A stretch of 64,000 nt of DNA from Paragordius varius. Lineage: Eukaryota > Animalia > Nematomorpha. Shown piece after piece: positions 48,601-60,485 of the stretch (its first letter is position 1; each line of letters starts with the position of its first letter). The stretch spans positions 7,130,001 through 7,194,000 of the forward strand of contig OZ176051.1 of assembly GCA_964247055.1 (NCBI GenBank), written 5' to 3'. The position numbers were made by a program, and so were the translations under genes. The notes beneath the pieces are model-generated. The model was not told where the DNA came from. It worked only from the letters and a program-made list of their open reading frames with translations, and searched no databases.

Positions 48601-50338
48601 AAAATCCTATGAGATCATAACTATTAAATCATGTTTCGAAATATTCCACATATATGGATCACAATTTTGTTGATGCTTTTTTCAAATAGCGCCCCCCTCC
48701 AAGAAGTCTGAAGGACTTTCTTGAGATTTACGCTAGTATGCGATAAAAATGCGAATCTTTAATTTTAAGCGTTTAGCTATCGAATGATATATCTTTCATA
48801 AACATTTAATTTTGCTGCGCACCGTGTGATATCAAAACAATGTGATATATAAAAATTTTGTTTCTAAAGCTTATTATCTTAACTATTAGTCACTTATCCC
48901 GAATTGCTGCCATATTAAAATTATTTGTCCTTAATTAAAAATGATCTTTTGTTTAATGGCACATAGAAGTGACAGAACTAATAACGTTTCATTAGATCAA
49001 ACACATATCATCTCATCTTTAACAAATTGTGATATCTCTAGAAAAGGTTTATTTATAAATATAATATTATTTTACTCGACTGTTTTTGACTGCACACTGT
49101 GACTAAAGATAATGTTATAGATAGAAGTATAATCGATTAAATCTTTGAGATATGACACATGGACATAGACCCTTTCTAAAATATGGTTAAATTAAATTTT
49201 TACTTTCGAACAAATCGAATGGACCCGTTTCCAACTCTAAAATAATATAAATATATATATTGATGATGCTTTCAACATATTATTTAATCAATAAAAATAA
49301 AAGAATTTTTTTCAACTAAAATATTGATTATATTCCAAAAACTTGAACTTACTATAATACATACCTGCATTGCATCTTAACATAACAAAATGGACAGGTG
49401 GAATAGGTTCCGCTTGAATATTCTGATTCATCGTTTTGTAAATTATATTTGACAAGTATTTTATGCCAAATGGCTGTTTTGCAACAATAAAGTCGTCGTA
49501 ATATTCAAATACTATTAGCGTATGTTCATTTTGCCAAAATCTAATCTGTTATATAAATGTTGGAGAATATTATTAAAATAACAAATAAGCAAAACACCTT
49601 GTCTTATTGAATGAAAATTCGAATTGCATATATAATTCCAATTTTAAATTTACGTATAATTAATTGTTGCTATTATTCTATAATAGATTATAAGTTTATT
49701 ATATTGTATATAATTAAAGTAAAAAGTTGGGTTCTTAGCATATTACAGAACTTAAAAACCCTAAAAAACAGATCGAATTTGTTTCTAGGCAAGTAAACTG
49801 GACAACCTAAGATTTCGTTTGCGAACTTGAACCAAAGGTCAGTTTAATCAAGAATATTATAAACTTGTTAATTAACATAAGTAATTTTTAATAGAATCAT
49901 ATCATTTAAAAATCTGCAAGGTTATCTTATCGGATATTCAGGGGATTTGATTTGATAGATTTAGAAATTTAATTGTTATTTATATGTTTAAATCCGCACA
50001 TCGATTTTGGTGAAATTTTGAAAATTCCATTGAATTTTAGGGAATAAATAATGTTATTTTTTAATCACATATCAGAATAGACTTTACTATAAAGAAACCG
50101 ATTTCGATTTTAAATTTAAGAATATTGGTATAGAATACCTTTATCAAATTATTCTTATTATAAAATCTATATCTTGAAAAGGATGAGCAAAAGGTGATAT
50201 TATCCATAAGTTTATTCATCAATGTTGTGGATCCGTAACGATGGCCCTCCGGAGGCAAAACCCTGCTGCCACATACATATTCGATTGAAGCCGTATCGGT
50301 CACATCAAAATAATACTGTATATATATTTTCAAAGAAC

Positions 50339-50375
<37 letters not shown>

Positions 50376-53300
50376 AGGTCTATTAATTACGAGGAAGCTA
50401 ATAAAGAAGAAAGACTCACATGCTGAACCCCGTTTAAAATCTTACATAGGCTTAAAATTAACCAAAAAGCCACGATATAGGAAAGAAAATTCAAGATCAT
50501 GGTGCTTAAAGTGCGGCTTACGGCATGCGGCCCTAATAGTGCCATTTTACTTTATTATTTATGCTTATGACTGCTTAGAAATACAAATACTGATAAATAT
50601 TAACTGATTTCGATATTTTTTTATATTTTAGTAGCTAAATGAAATTTTTTATTTGTAATCTATTTTTTACACGTTAAATAAATTTATTTTATATAATTTT
50701 AATTTTTCTTATATGTTTTTAAGATGTATAAAATATAAAAATTCGTGGATCATTAACACTATGAACAAAAAAAGGGTTAATTTTTTTTAACTAAAATTTT
50801 CATGAGACAGATCTTCTGCGAAGTCATATATTTCTATTTGCTGGTGACCTAGTTTTTAAATAATGAGAGAAAATCAAAATTGGGCAAAAAGTGAAGATCA
50901 AGGATAATTAAGGTCATTAAAATATTGAGAAATTAAAGTTTATACCATTTTATCAGATATTTACAATTTATAAATAGCCTAAAATAATGTAGTTAAGGTT
51001 TTTTCTAAACTCTGATCATCGTATTAGCATACGTAATATACAAAAATTTTTTATAATACTATATTAAAATAATTTTTTTTGGTTTTAGTAGCTAAACTCA
51101 CTATTAAAACTTAACATTTATATTTTATACAGTAAAAATAACTTATATTTATAATAAAATTAATCATTTGGTTTATGAGTGTATGATAAATTGTTTTATT
51201 ATCGTATCTTACTCTAGCGGGAAATACAAAGTTTATAAATTAATACACAATAGGATTTACAAGCAGAAACCAAAAATCCGTATAAACCCCAGTAAAAATA
51301 TTAATTTGTGTTAAATTATTATTGGGATTCTTGCGAGGTTCATTTTCAATTGCTTTAAAACCCTATTATGTGTTAGTTTGTGATTCCAGTCATGTAACAT
51401 ACAAAAATAGAGAAATTTATTATACACTCACAAACTTGATGACAAAAAAATGAAATAAAAACAATACTTTATTTTTAACAGATATTTTTACTGTATAAAA
51501 AAATGTTAAGATTTTTTATAGTGAATTTATAAAATATTTTTTTTAACACTTCGATTCCATTTGCGGTATCTAAATACCCCAGTCCAAATTAAATTTTAAA
51601 TTTTAAAAAAACTACTAAAGGAAACGGTCCTAATTTAAATTTATTCTTCTATCCCAATAAAAATTATATAAATAAGCTAAAATAACTAAATAAAATTTCG
51701 TTTTGAAAAAAAAAGTTCCATGTCAAACTACTACGACGCCATTTTGATTTTACAAAATTTTTGCAAAATATCATTTAATTTTAAGTGTAAAATTAAAGCT
51801 AATTTTTTATTTAAATTACATTTAACATTGATAGAAATAGAAAAAGTTTTATTTTTTATTTTTCAATTATACCATTGCACACATGTCACGTTGACTAAAT
51901 TTTTACCCTTCGGTTTTAGCTTAAAATAAGTAATATTAAATATTTTTGAGTAAATTTTTTATATAATTCGGTTTATTAATGTTATATAAGTGCAAAGTTT
52001 TGCCATGGTTTCAATTCCTTTTATATTTTTTAAAAATAATTTTAAACAGGCCTGGGATATTTAACTACCCCAATTTGAATCGAAGGACTAAAATGAATGT
52101 GTTGTATCAAAGTTTTAATATAGTGTTATATTTTGGAAATTAAGTGTGCTAAAGGAAAAATACGATTTTTAAACTGAGTTGAAATTAAAACCCTAATTAT
52201 ATGATTTAAGTCTATTATAAATTTTAAGTATGATAAAAGATAATAAATCTTTATATCTAAAGTTTTAACATTATTTTTTAAATTATCCCTTATTATCTTT
52301 AACTTTCACTTTTTACCCATTTTTATATTTCGTAAACTTGAATATTAAATAGCTTCTTATATGCCATCTAATTAAAAAATATTTTTTTGTTATAAAAATT
52401 AAACCACTTTTTTGCACATAGTGTAATGTTACCTCAATTAATTGGCTATATTCATGTTCCATCCTTTTAAAAAAGGCCAAGGATTCTCTAGTAAATTGAA
52501 ATTCGTAATTCTTAAAATATGGCAAATCACGGACTATTATTTTTTGGTCTAAAGCGAACGATACATATTTGGAATGTCGTTCGTATATCCTGGGTGAGAT
52601 TGAAACCTCATCAATGCTATGATTAACAACTATAATTATTACTGTATTTAAAGGTACATAAATGACCAATAAGACCACTTTTTGAAGATCTATTAAATAT
52701 CTATATTTACAAAATTGAAAAAAGGGGGAGTCTTACTAGAGAGTAATTTATTTCGTTGTCGGTTTAAAAATACAAAGATCATCCAAAATTTATAATTTGA
52801 TGAATGGAATGTGCGTGGGTTTTTTTGGACGCATTTTAAAACAATGTAGGGATGGGCTTACGGCCAGTCAAAAATATAATTGGTATGACTGTTTAGGAAA
52901 TGCAGTTATACATGGTCATAATCCAGATATACGACAGTTACAAATAAAGTTTCAAATAATTTAAGAAGAGTTAATAAATAATTAAATTTACAACAAGTAG
53001 AACAATATTAATACATTAAAAATCCGACAGACACCCGACCATTGTTGTGATAATTTATATACTAACATAGATCTCAACATAAATTTTATGGTCAAATATA
53101 TATATTTGTATAACTTTTGTAGGACTCCTTCTTCATACGTCGGTAAAGTATGATACAAACCAATGGGTTGATTGATATTGATATTTTTATTGCACACATC
53201 CGGCAAAAAAATTAGGAGTTCTATAAAATAATTAAAATTATTATATTCACATAAACCTAATTGATGTAGCAGAGCACATAATACCAAATATCTGGTATTC

Positions 53301-55277
53301 AAATTTTTTTGAGTCAAGCCTTAAATGGTTAGGCATTTCAAAAAGCCTGGTTTTGAATAAGTATATAATTATGTTTAGTTTAGAGTTATTAATATGACTC
53401 ACATATTATGGAAAAGCCTTTCATATCGCTTTGTCAAAATTTATTCAATTAGAGGATAAAATTCCAATTTAATAACATTGTGGCCTTAAACTTTCGCTGG
53501 GAGGAATGATTAGAAAGAATGAATTTTGTTAAAAAGAATATATATATATATATGAACAGTTTGTCTAGTTCGTTAATCTATGCGCGAAACCTAACCCTGG
53601 TATCACAGATTGACTATGATCAAGTTAGGTTAGTATCGAACCAGCCTGTTTCTGGTTTTTGAAGTTAACTCTCTAGTAATTGCACCGATCCTATTTTAAT
53701 ATTTACATCTCCCACATTTTTTAGGATCCGTTTCCAGTTACAATTAAAAATAGGTGGTTTGTGTGTAATTTACCATCTGTTTAAAAATATTTATACAAAT
53801 GGCTAACTATAAAAGTGTGCCCTTAAATATATGCCAAATTTATAAAGCTTAATTCACTAAACCAATTTATGTTATTCCGATTTAATTGAATAATGTTTGG
53901 TATGAATAAGGTTTATAAGATAAATTTCCTTTTACAAATTAGGTACGTAATTTTTTTAAAAACCATACAATTACCTTACATTTCTTGTGTTAACTCTCTT
54001 ATACAAAATAAAATAATTACTCTGTCGTTTTGACAATGAATTATTTAAATCAACATTCAAAGGAGCTAATGCCTCGGGTAATAGTGAATTTTGTTGATTT
54101 TCATCGTACGACTTAATACCCACCCGCAAAAGCTTGTTTAGGACGACAGGTAACCTCTTTTCCATTGCGATATCCGATGTTTGGTAATATATAAATTGTA
54201 TCACAACACTGTCATTGGGCCTTTTGACGACACGAAACTAACAGAACAAATATATCACATAATTAAATCACTAGAAAAAATAAAATTCCATATTAAATAA
54301 TAATTCATATTAACTCATCACAAGTATTGGTAGTGAAGACAATTTACTCAAGGCACAAATTAATTATGAAAATGAAAAAATAGAATTTTATGAAAAACAT
54401 GCATGCTATATGCTAGGACCCCCAGTAACAAGACTTCCCCAGTTAACTATCTGGTCGTTGGCTTAATTTTCTTATATATAATTAATAACAAATCAATAAA
54501 ACACATAATTAAATCAAAAACCGATCATTTTAACTTTCAGATCTATCAAATGCCATAAATTTTGATATAAAATATTTAATTAACAACCAGTTAAATAAAT
54601 ATTTTTAATTTATCAATTACGGTGAATAAATTGATTTCACTATATAAATGTGCAAACATGTCCCATTCATTGCCAGCCACAAAACGTTTAATTTTGTAGG
54701 CGGATCGTTGTTGGTTACCATTTACTTGCCCGTATCTCAGAAGACTTGGATGAGCGTCGACATCTTGGCTATTAACATCCGATGTGTTGGTTATGCCCTC
54801 CAAATAAGCCAATCGATATCCAGCAGGTATATCAATAAAAGCCTTTTAATAAAAAAAATTTTCAAAAATTAATACAAAAGGATTTTTTTGGGGTTATACA
54901 TGGACATTATGTAAGTGGCTTTTACGATATAGGATCTTAGAAAAACTAAATTTTTTTATTATGACATTTATTTTATCAGAAAAAATATCTTTTGGAGTAT
55001 CTATTGCATATTAAAAACTAAATATTACAGTATAATGATCCATCCATTCTTGTACCTGATCTAAACATTGATCAGATATTCTGTACGTTGTTATGCCACT
55101 ATCAAATTTACCAATCTCATGGGGTATTTGATAATAGATGTCGGAATGGTTGTGGACCTCGTTATAACTATAAATGATATTTCTTTTAACTCTAACTCAA
55201 AAATATTATGAGATTATATTTTTTAAAAAATGTACCCATATTTAATCCTATTGTTACGCTTCAAACTGTTTTTTTCA
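42653..55277 (-). CDS. Unannotated multi-exon gene, at least 645 aa, with weak CUB-like motifs; start codon unresolved
   Basis: Stop-free, phase-consistent GT-AG chain: (55236-55277), 55029-55167, 54621-54842, 54021-54237, 53035-53220, 52433-52629, 50139-50315, 49365-49545, 49076-49175, 45127-45310, 42961-43062 and 42653-42886 (TGA). CUB-like pieces: AFIDIPAGYRL, CNKNININQPIGLYHTLPTY, YYFDVTD..YVCGSRVLP, NNLIKIRFW and GILLHFR. Some junctions are uncertain (the 53035 donor; possible extra exons at 44.5-45.1 kb). Confidence 0.62.
43615..44340 (-). mobile_element. Internally deleted Mos1-like mariner remnant
   Basis: Minus-strand LLVETYCEHVPLKHVTWFQK, WVP*NLNERQM, RKSFSHRIVTGDDKWLF and HTLPEKHFNNFEVIVKWIDEW..ERCGKCVKA. 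TIR-like TAGACAGGTGTCATG at 43616. The middle of the catalytic domain is missing. Confidence 0.9.
45327..45618. mobile_element. Tc1/mariner-type MITE, 292 bp (partial second copy from 63845)
   Basis: TA-CAGTAAAAATTGAA..TACGGACAAAA is inverted with TTTTGTCCGTATTCAATTTCTACTG-TA. Inner arms AAAAGACAACCATAC / GTATGGTTGTCTTTT. Confidence 0.85.
45780..46770. mobile_element. ~1-kb imperfect palindrome (foldback/MITE)
   Basis: GGAGGGTTCCAGAAAGATTT (45938) / AAATCTTTCTGGGACCCTCC (46588) and ATAATTTGCACC..AGAAGCGTATAATTTTT / AAAAATTATACGCAGCTTC..GGTGCAAATTAT. Centre near 46265. Confidence 0.85.
47060..48570. repeat. Degenerate tandem repeat, ~5 units of ~300-325 bp, each made of two related halves
   Basis: AAGGCAAA(AA)TTT recurs at ~47402, 47718, 48045 and 48346. 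ATA(T/C)GAG(T/C)TCA recurs at ~47525, 47841, 48160 and 48468. Confidence 0.85.
50770..51530. repeat. Dispersed repeat family H with palindromic 3' part; inverted partial copy at 63003-63600
   Basis: GAGAAAATCAAAATTGGGCAAAAAGTGAA (50867) is the reverse complement of TTCACTTTTTGCCCAATTTCGATTTTCTC (63483). Internal inverted repeat TATACAGTAAAAATA / TATTTTTACTGTATA. Confidence 0.8.
51547..52114. mobile_element. piggyBac-like MITE family E, copy 2, inverted relative to 27462-27988
   Basis: Starts TTAA-CACTTCGA. The pseudo-ORF MSNYYDAILILQNFC matches MSNYFDAIFILQNFC of copy 1. The right end is degenerate. Confidence 0.85.
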
Positions 55278-55775
55278 CTGTTTTATATATTATAATTTAT
55301 GAAAAAATACTTATTGAAAAAACTTTTCTAGACTATCTTCTCCAACATGGGATTAAAAACAAAGATCAGTAGTTTTAAAAATAATATCTTCTTATAACCC
55401 ATACTAAAAGCATTTCATTACTGTAAAGTTTTTAAACCGGTTTAAAAGTAGTATAATATTGCTAGTAAAACTGAAGTTTTTTAAGAAGCACCTTAAAGAT
55501 TAGGGGTTTAACACGGGTAGGACCTGATGAAACAATTAGAAATCTTATTTTCTAAGAATCAGTGATATATGTGCTTAACAGTGATATGGCTAGAAGATAT
55601 TAGCCTGTAAATTATTTTATACAGTTGCAGAGCCTAATTAAACCTATAAATTTGTTTTCAAATACATATATTTTTCATAATAAATGGATTTATCAATTAT
55701 TTCTTATCAATAATTGCAATAAATGTTAAATTATTACCTTATCCCACTTGCGTGCATGCGATATTCATATTGGGT

Positions 55776-58312
55776 TTGGTAAGAACAACATGCAAAACAA
55801 ACTAAATGATAAATTTTAATTAGACATAGGGAAAAAAGTCTTTAAACTAATGTTCTAATTAATATAATTTTTATTGATCAATAATATTTATGATATATGT
55901 GACAAATTGCATCTAGTTTTGCAAATTAGCCCTAAAAATAATATAATTGGTAATTATTTGTAAAGACTATCTGAACTTTAAGCTCGAAGAAATGCAATAA
56001 CATCCAAAAAATTACCAATGTATTTTAATTAAAATTTATTGGTGATTTCAGTGTTACTTTAGCTATTTAATTTTAAATACAAAATAATTTATTATCTGTA
56101 TTTTTTATATAAAGGTGGTGTCCCTACATTACCTTTTAATTGATTGATTATTTTTAATTTTCAGAACTTTAACATTTAAAAACCTACATTTTTAATAGTT
56201 GTTTGGTTAAACATATTATATAAAATTGAGTTTATTTTATAAAAAAACTATCACAAAGAGCTGTTTAAAATTAAAAATTTAAAAATTTGCTCCTAAAATG
56301 AAATATGAAAGTTTTATCCAATTAATTACTTTCATTTCTTACTATATTATAAATTTATTTGTCTGTGCATTAGCAATCCTAAAAATGACGGTAAAATAGT
56401 TTTAGAATAATTTTTTAAATTTTATATTATTAAAAAATTTTATAGAATCATAGGCCTAAAAAACTTGAGAATCCATGTATATAAAATGGGCCCAATTTCT
56501 AAAATACTTTGATATTCAAATTTAAAATCGATATAGGGTGCAAAATTGCAAAGGTAACGTGGTGTTAAAGCGAGTAAAAGATAATTATGAAGAGCGTTTG
56601 CTTCAAAAACTCCTATTAACTACATTAGCAATATATAATGATTCGAATGATTCAAAGCTCCATAACTTAAGCAGCTTAGTTATATAGCAATTAAATGGTC
56701 ATATTTACACACCAGAAGTTTTTATTAGTTTTTAATAAAAAATAATGAAAGGAACTACTAAACAGTTAGTTATGTTTATAGGATTGGCCATCGGCTTCAC
56801 ACAAGCCCATCTCTCAGGGGTAAAAAACAATTTCGTGCCAGATAAATTGATTGTTTTTGTCACTTGTCAAGCCACAAAATTGTTAAAGTGTTTTTCTGCG
56901 AACTTGCACCCCACTGATGCAAGATAGGTCTCAGTGGCGCCCAGTCATTAGAATAGTAGGGGATATTATCTATAGAGCAATTTTGAGGCCGTTCATTGGT
57001 TTTGCCATGTAAGACGGATTGTCAAGCAAAATTACTTTACCATATCTTTTGGTCTATTCCTTTTTAAATGCACGGTTTTTAATATTTGCTTACGATAGCA
57101 TGTTTAGTAATGAATTCACACTATGCTTAAGAAGTTTAACACTACCCCTCTGATCACCTGACACAGAGCATTATCCTCTTGCTGAAGTAATTTGGCCTGA
57201 TGTTGATGGTCCAGCTTGGCAAGTATTTTTTTCCACTCTAAATATTAAGCCATTCACTCGTCACATTTAGTTACAATTATGATTTCTTTTTGGGACGTTC
57301 AATCAGGATTTCACAAGTCATTTTGCATTAAATAGACTTTTATTCATATTGTGTGGGACCCATGTACCGAGTTTATTGAACCTTCGCATTGCTCGTGGCG
57401 TCTGCTTATTGTTTTTTGTAATACATGTAACGCTTCTACTGAGTTCAAGTTCATCATCAATAGCTCCTCCATCTGATCGTCTTTGCACTTATGTGGTCTA
57501 TCCGGCGCCCACAGACAGACTCATTAATTTACAACTATTTTAACCATGTTTAAATATTTTATTCCGTAGAGCATATTCACCAATGTCTCGGCCAGCAAAC
57601 GATGACTTCCAACCACTATTTCCTACTAGTATAGGATAAAAGAGTAATGTGGACCGCAAATAATCTTTTTCAGACGCGAATTTCGACATGTTCTGAATTA
57701 TTAAAATAATGGAGCTCTATAGGTGATTTTAGTATAATGTCAGATGAAATGGGGTCTGTACGTCTGTGATGTTTTTTGCGTCCTTAGACAAAACGATATA
57801 ATTCATGCACCTGGCATACAATTATATCGCAAATTCAAAATTCAAATATTTCCTCGAACATTCATTCTCGAACTTTATTAGGTTTCCGCTTGAACATTTC
57901 AAATTACCCCTAAAATAAATTATCTGTTCTTGACATCAAAATTCTAACAGTTATATTAGAGAATAAACTGTGGAGTAAGGACCTTATGAGTTAATTACTC
58001 ATATATTATTAATTTGAATTCGAAATACTCAAAGTGGGAATTTGTTTTCAAAGTTAGATGTTTGACATATTTAAAACACGGGTAAATTGTAAATGCGATT
58101 TATTGAAATCGATTTGCTTTCTATAACTTTTTATTTAACACCAATCTAATAAGTTTTAATTAATTCAGGTATATTCATTCAATCAACATTATTTTAATTG
58201 ATCACAATAATTTATTCAACTTGTTGTCGATTCCATAATTTTTGTTTTTTTAATGAATAAAAGATATTTTATAACAGTGGTAAAAAACCTTATTTTGTTT
58301 AAGCTAAATGTA
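55776..58312. repeat. Left arm (2.5 kb) of a large inverted repeat
   Basis: Reverse complement of 60486-63002 along its whole length. One 60-nt block checked had 57/60 matches; others looked closer to 85-90%. Confidence 0.95.
56700..57830 (-). mobile_element. Mos1-like mariner remnant inside the left arm
   Basis: Mirror of 60950-62005. TIR-like TATGCCAGGTGCATGAATTATATCGTTTT on the minus strand at ~57830. Confidence 0.88.
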
Positions 58313-60485
58313 TTCCGTCAATGCGCCTCACCTCAAAAAACAAAGATTTTAAGATTTGTTATTTTAATTCATAAATCGGCCGGCATGTCATATGGGTTCT
58401 ATAAAGGATTCTTTAATTTGGCAAGCAATACTTACAGCCATAATCTCTATTACCATTTAAGGAATTCATTTTTTTACTCAATTAATGACACAAATATCCC
58501 ATAAAAAAGTTTGCTAGTCATCAAATAAATGATTACTTAAGCTAATGTAAATTTGAACTTTTGTTCACACTAAAATGAAAATAACTAGTTTAACCATAGA
58601 ATTAATTGCTTTTTAGATAGGCATGGTCCATGAGTTATTGTACAAGCTTCCTAAAATGCTCTAAAAAAATCATCATTTTTATTGGAAAAATGGTTCTTCA
58701 ATTTTATGATAACTTGGAAGTATATAATAATGGTCGGTTTTAGAAAAATTGATCCATCCACTGTCTTATTCATAAATTAGTTTAAATTGGCGACTAGAAA
58801 AATTTGTTAAAAATTTCGATACGTTTAATAAGCCAGGTTATTTAATTTTATCTTTCAAAACCTATATATATTATATATAATATAAATTTTAATTCCTAAC
58901 GTTTTGTTAAAATTAGCCAATTAAACCAAAAAACTTTGCTATTTTTTTTTATTTCTCGGCCACATTGAATCTCAAAGATAGATAATAATTAGATTTTACT
59001 TATATTTTATTGATTTACTTGATTGACTGGTCGGAGCGATCGGATGCAGCAAGCAGATCAAAAAGAATATAACCATTGTAAATAAAAAAAAAAGATTATA
59101 GCCTTAAAACAGAACAGTTAACGTACTAATACTGTCAACTCTGCAGTATTTAAGTTTATCCAAGTACAAAAGGCTAATCCGAGGTCATTACTATTTTAAG
59201 GTTTGATGATCTGGCATTCTATTTTACTATTTAATAATATTATTTTATTAATATAATTAAATAATATTGACAATATAAATCTGAATTGAATATTCAAATT
59301 CCATAAAATTTTAAATATTATGTTCATAATATGGAACATCTCCGAGTATGATAAAAATCCAACTATTATGTCAGTTAAAAATTATTTAAAACAGATAAGA
59401 GCCAAATCATTTTGCAGATAAAAAATAATTAACTTTTTTCATAGAATTTATCTCTTCGTTGAAACTACATGTCATTTTTGGTGGCATTTTGATTTAGCTT
59501 AAATTTTTTAACCTAAATTAGATAATATTGACAAATTTTTGGCTATAAAATATCTTTATGTGTAAAACAATCTGCTTAAGTTGCATCGTTGAAAAAAATG
59601 TATGAACACCTTGGAAATCTTATCTATATTATATATTATGTTTTCCAGAAAATCTCCATATCATTGCCCAAAAAGAATTTATAAGCATGGAACCTTTTTC
59701 CGTGGTTGCTTTGACAGCCAAAATTGTTTATAATTTATTGGAAAAGCAGATTTTTAGACTCATTTTTAGCAACAATTTGATGTTTAGGAAATTTTTTGCA
59801 TCTTACATATAGTCTAGCACTAAATTATTACAATTTAACTGACCGACCTGTTTTAAAAAAAAATTTCCTAAACAACATAAAGACAACGATATAAGTAAAG
59901 GAACGACAGGAAAAACACCATAAAACAATGCCAACATTAAATCTTGTCTAAGTCAGCTTTGATCGTCGTGATTGAATAAAGAGGTCAACCCAAAAGCGAA
60001 AATCTATGCCCAAAAACATTTTTAGCGCGACAATGATCACACACTATGTTTTATTCTCCAGCCAAAAAGCCTTGTACTTGTCATTAGACGACTAGTAACA
60101 TATTGGCTCCGTTACATAACTATAACCATGATTTAGTGTATACGAGACCCAATTTTAGACATCACAGAAACTATTTTAGGCATCATTTACGGCATTTAAT
60201 CAACTCCCGGCCATCATACATAAAACGATTCAATCAATTGTTTGACCTTGCCAATCAAGTATACAAAACTTTCTTTGCTTTTGATTTTCTTTTTGGATTA
60301 CTTTTAAACACATTCATTTTGTTGGATAAGTTAAACACCATTTTTATTAATATAAAGTAATTATTTTTTTTTGTATTTTTTTCAATTTGATATTTGGATT
60401 AATTTTTTTCTTTAAATATATTACTTTACGTAATTGGAGACTGTCATATACCATGCATCTACCAACCTGCCCTAGTTTTAAATCC

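Noticed and set aside
49176-49236. 33-nt exon followed by a 28-nt intron
   Set aside because: The splice sites are canonical, but the intron is far below the 58-75 nt seen elsewhere. Direct splicing from 49365 to 49175 keeps phase without it.
49780-49960. IKSPEYP CUB-like motif on the minus strand
   Set aside because: Followed by three in-frame TAA codons and out of domain order; treated as intron sequence.
59840-60345. GPCR-like TM6/TM7 fragments on the minus strand of the inverted-repeat spacer
   Set aside because: Only short hydrophobic and basic stretches, with several stops and no consistent exon chain.
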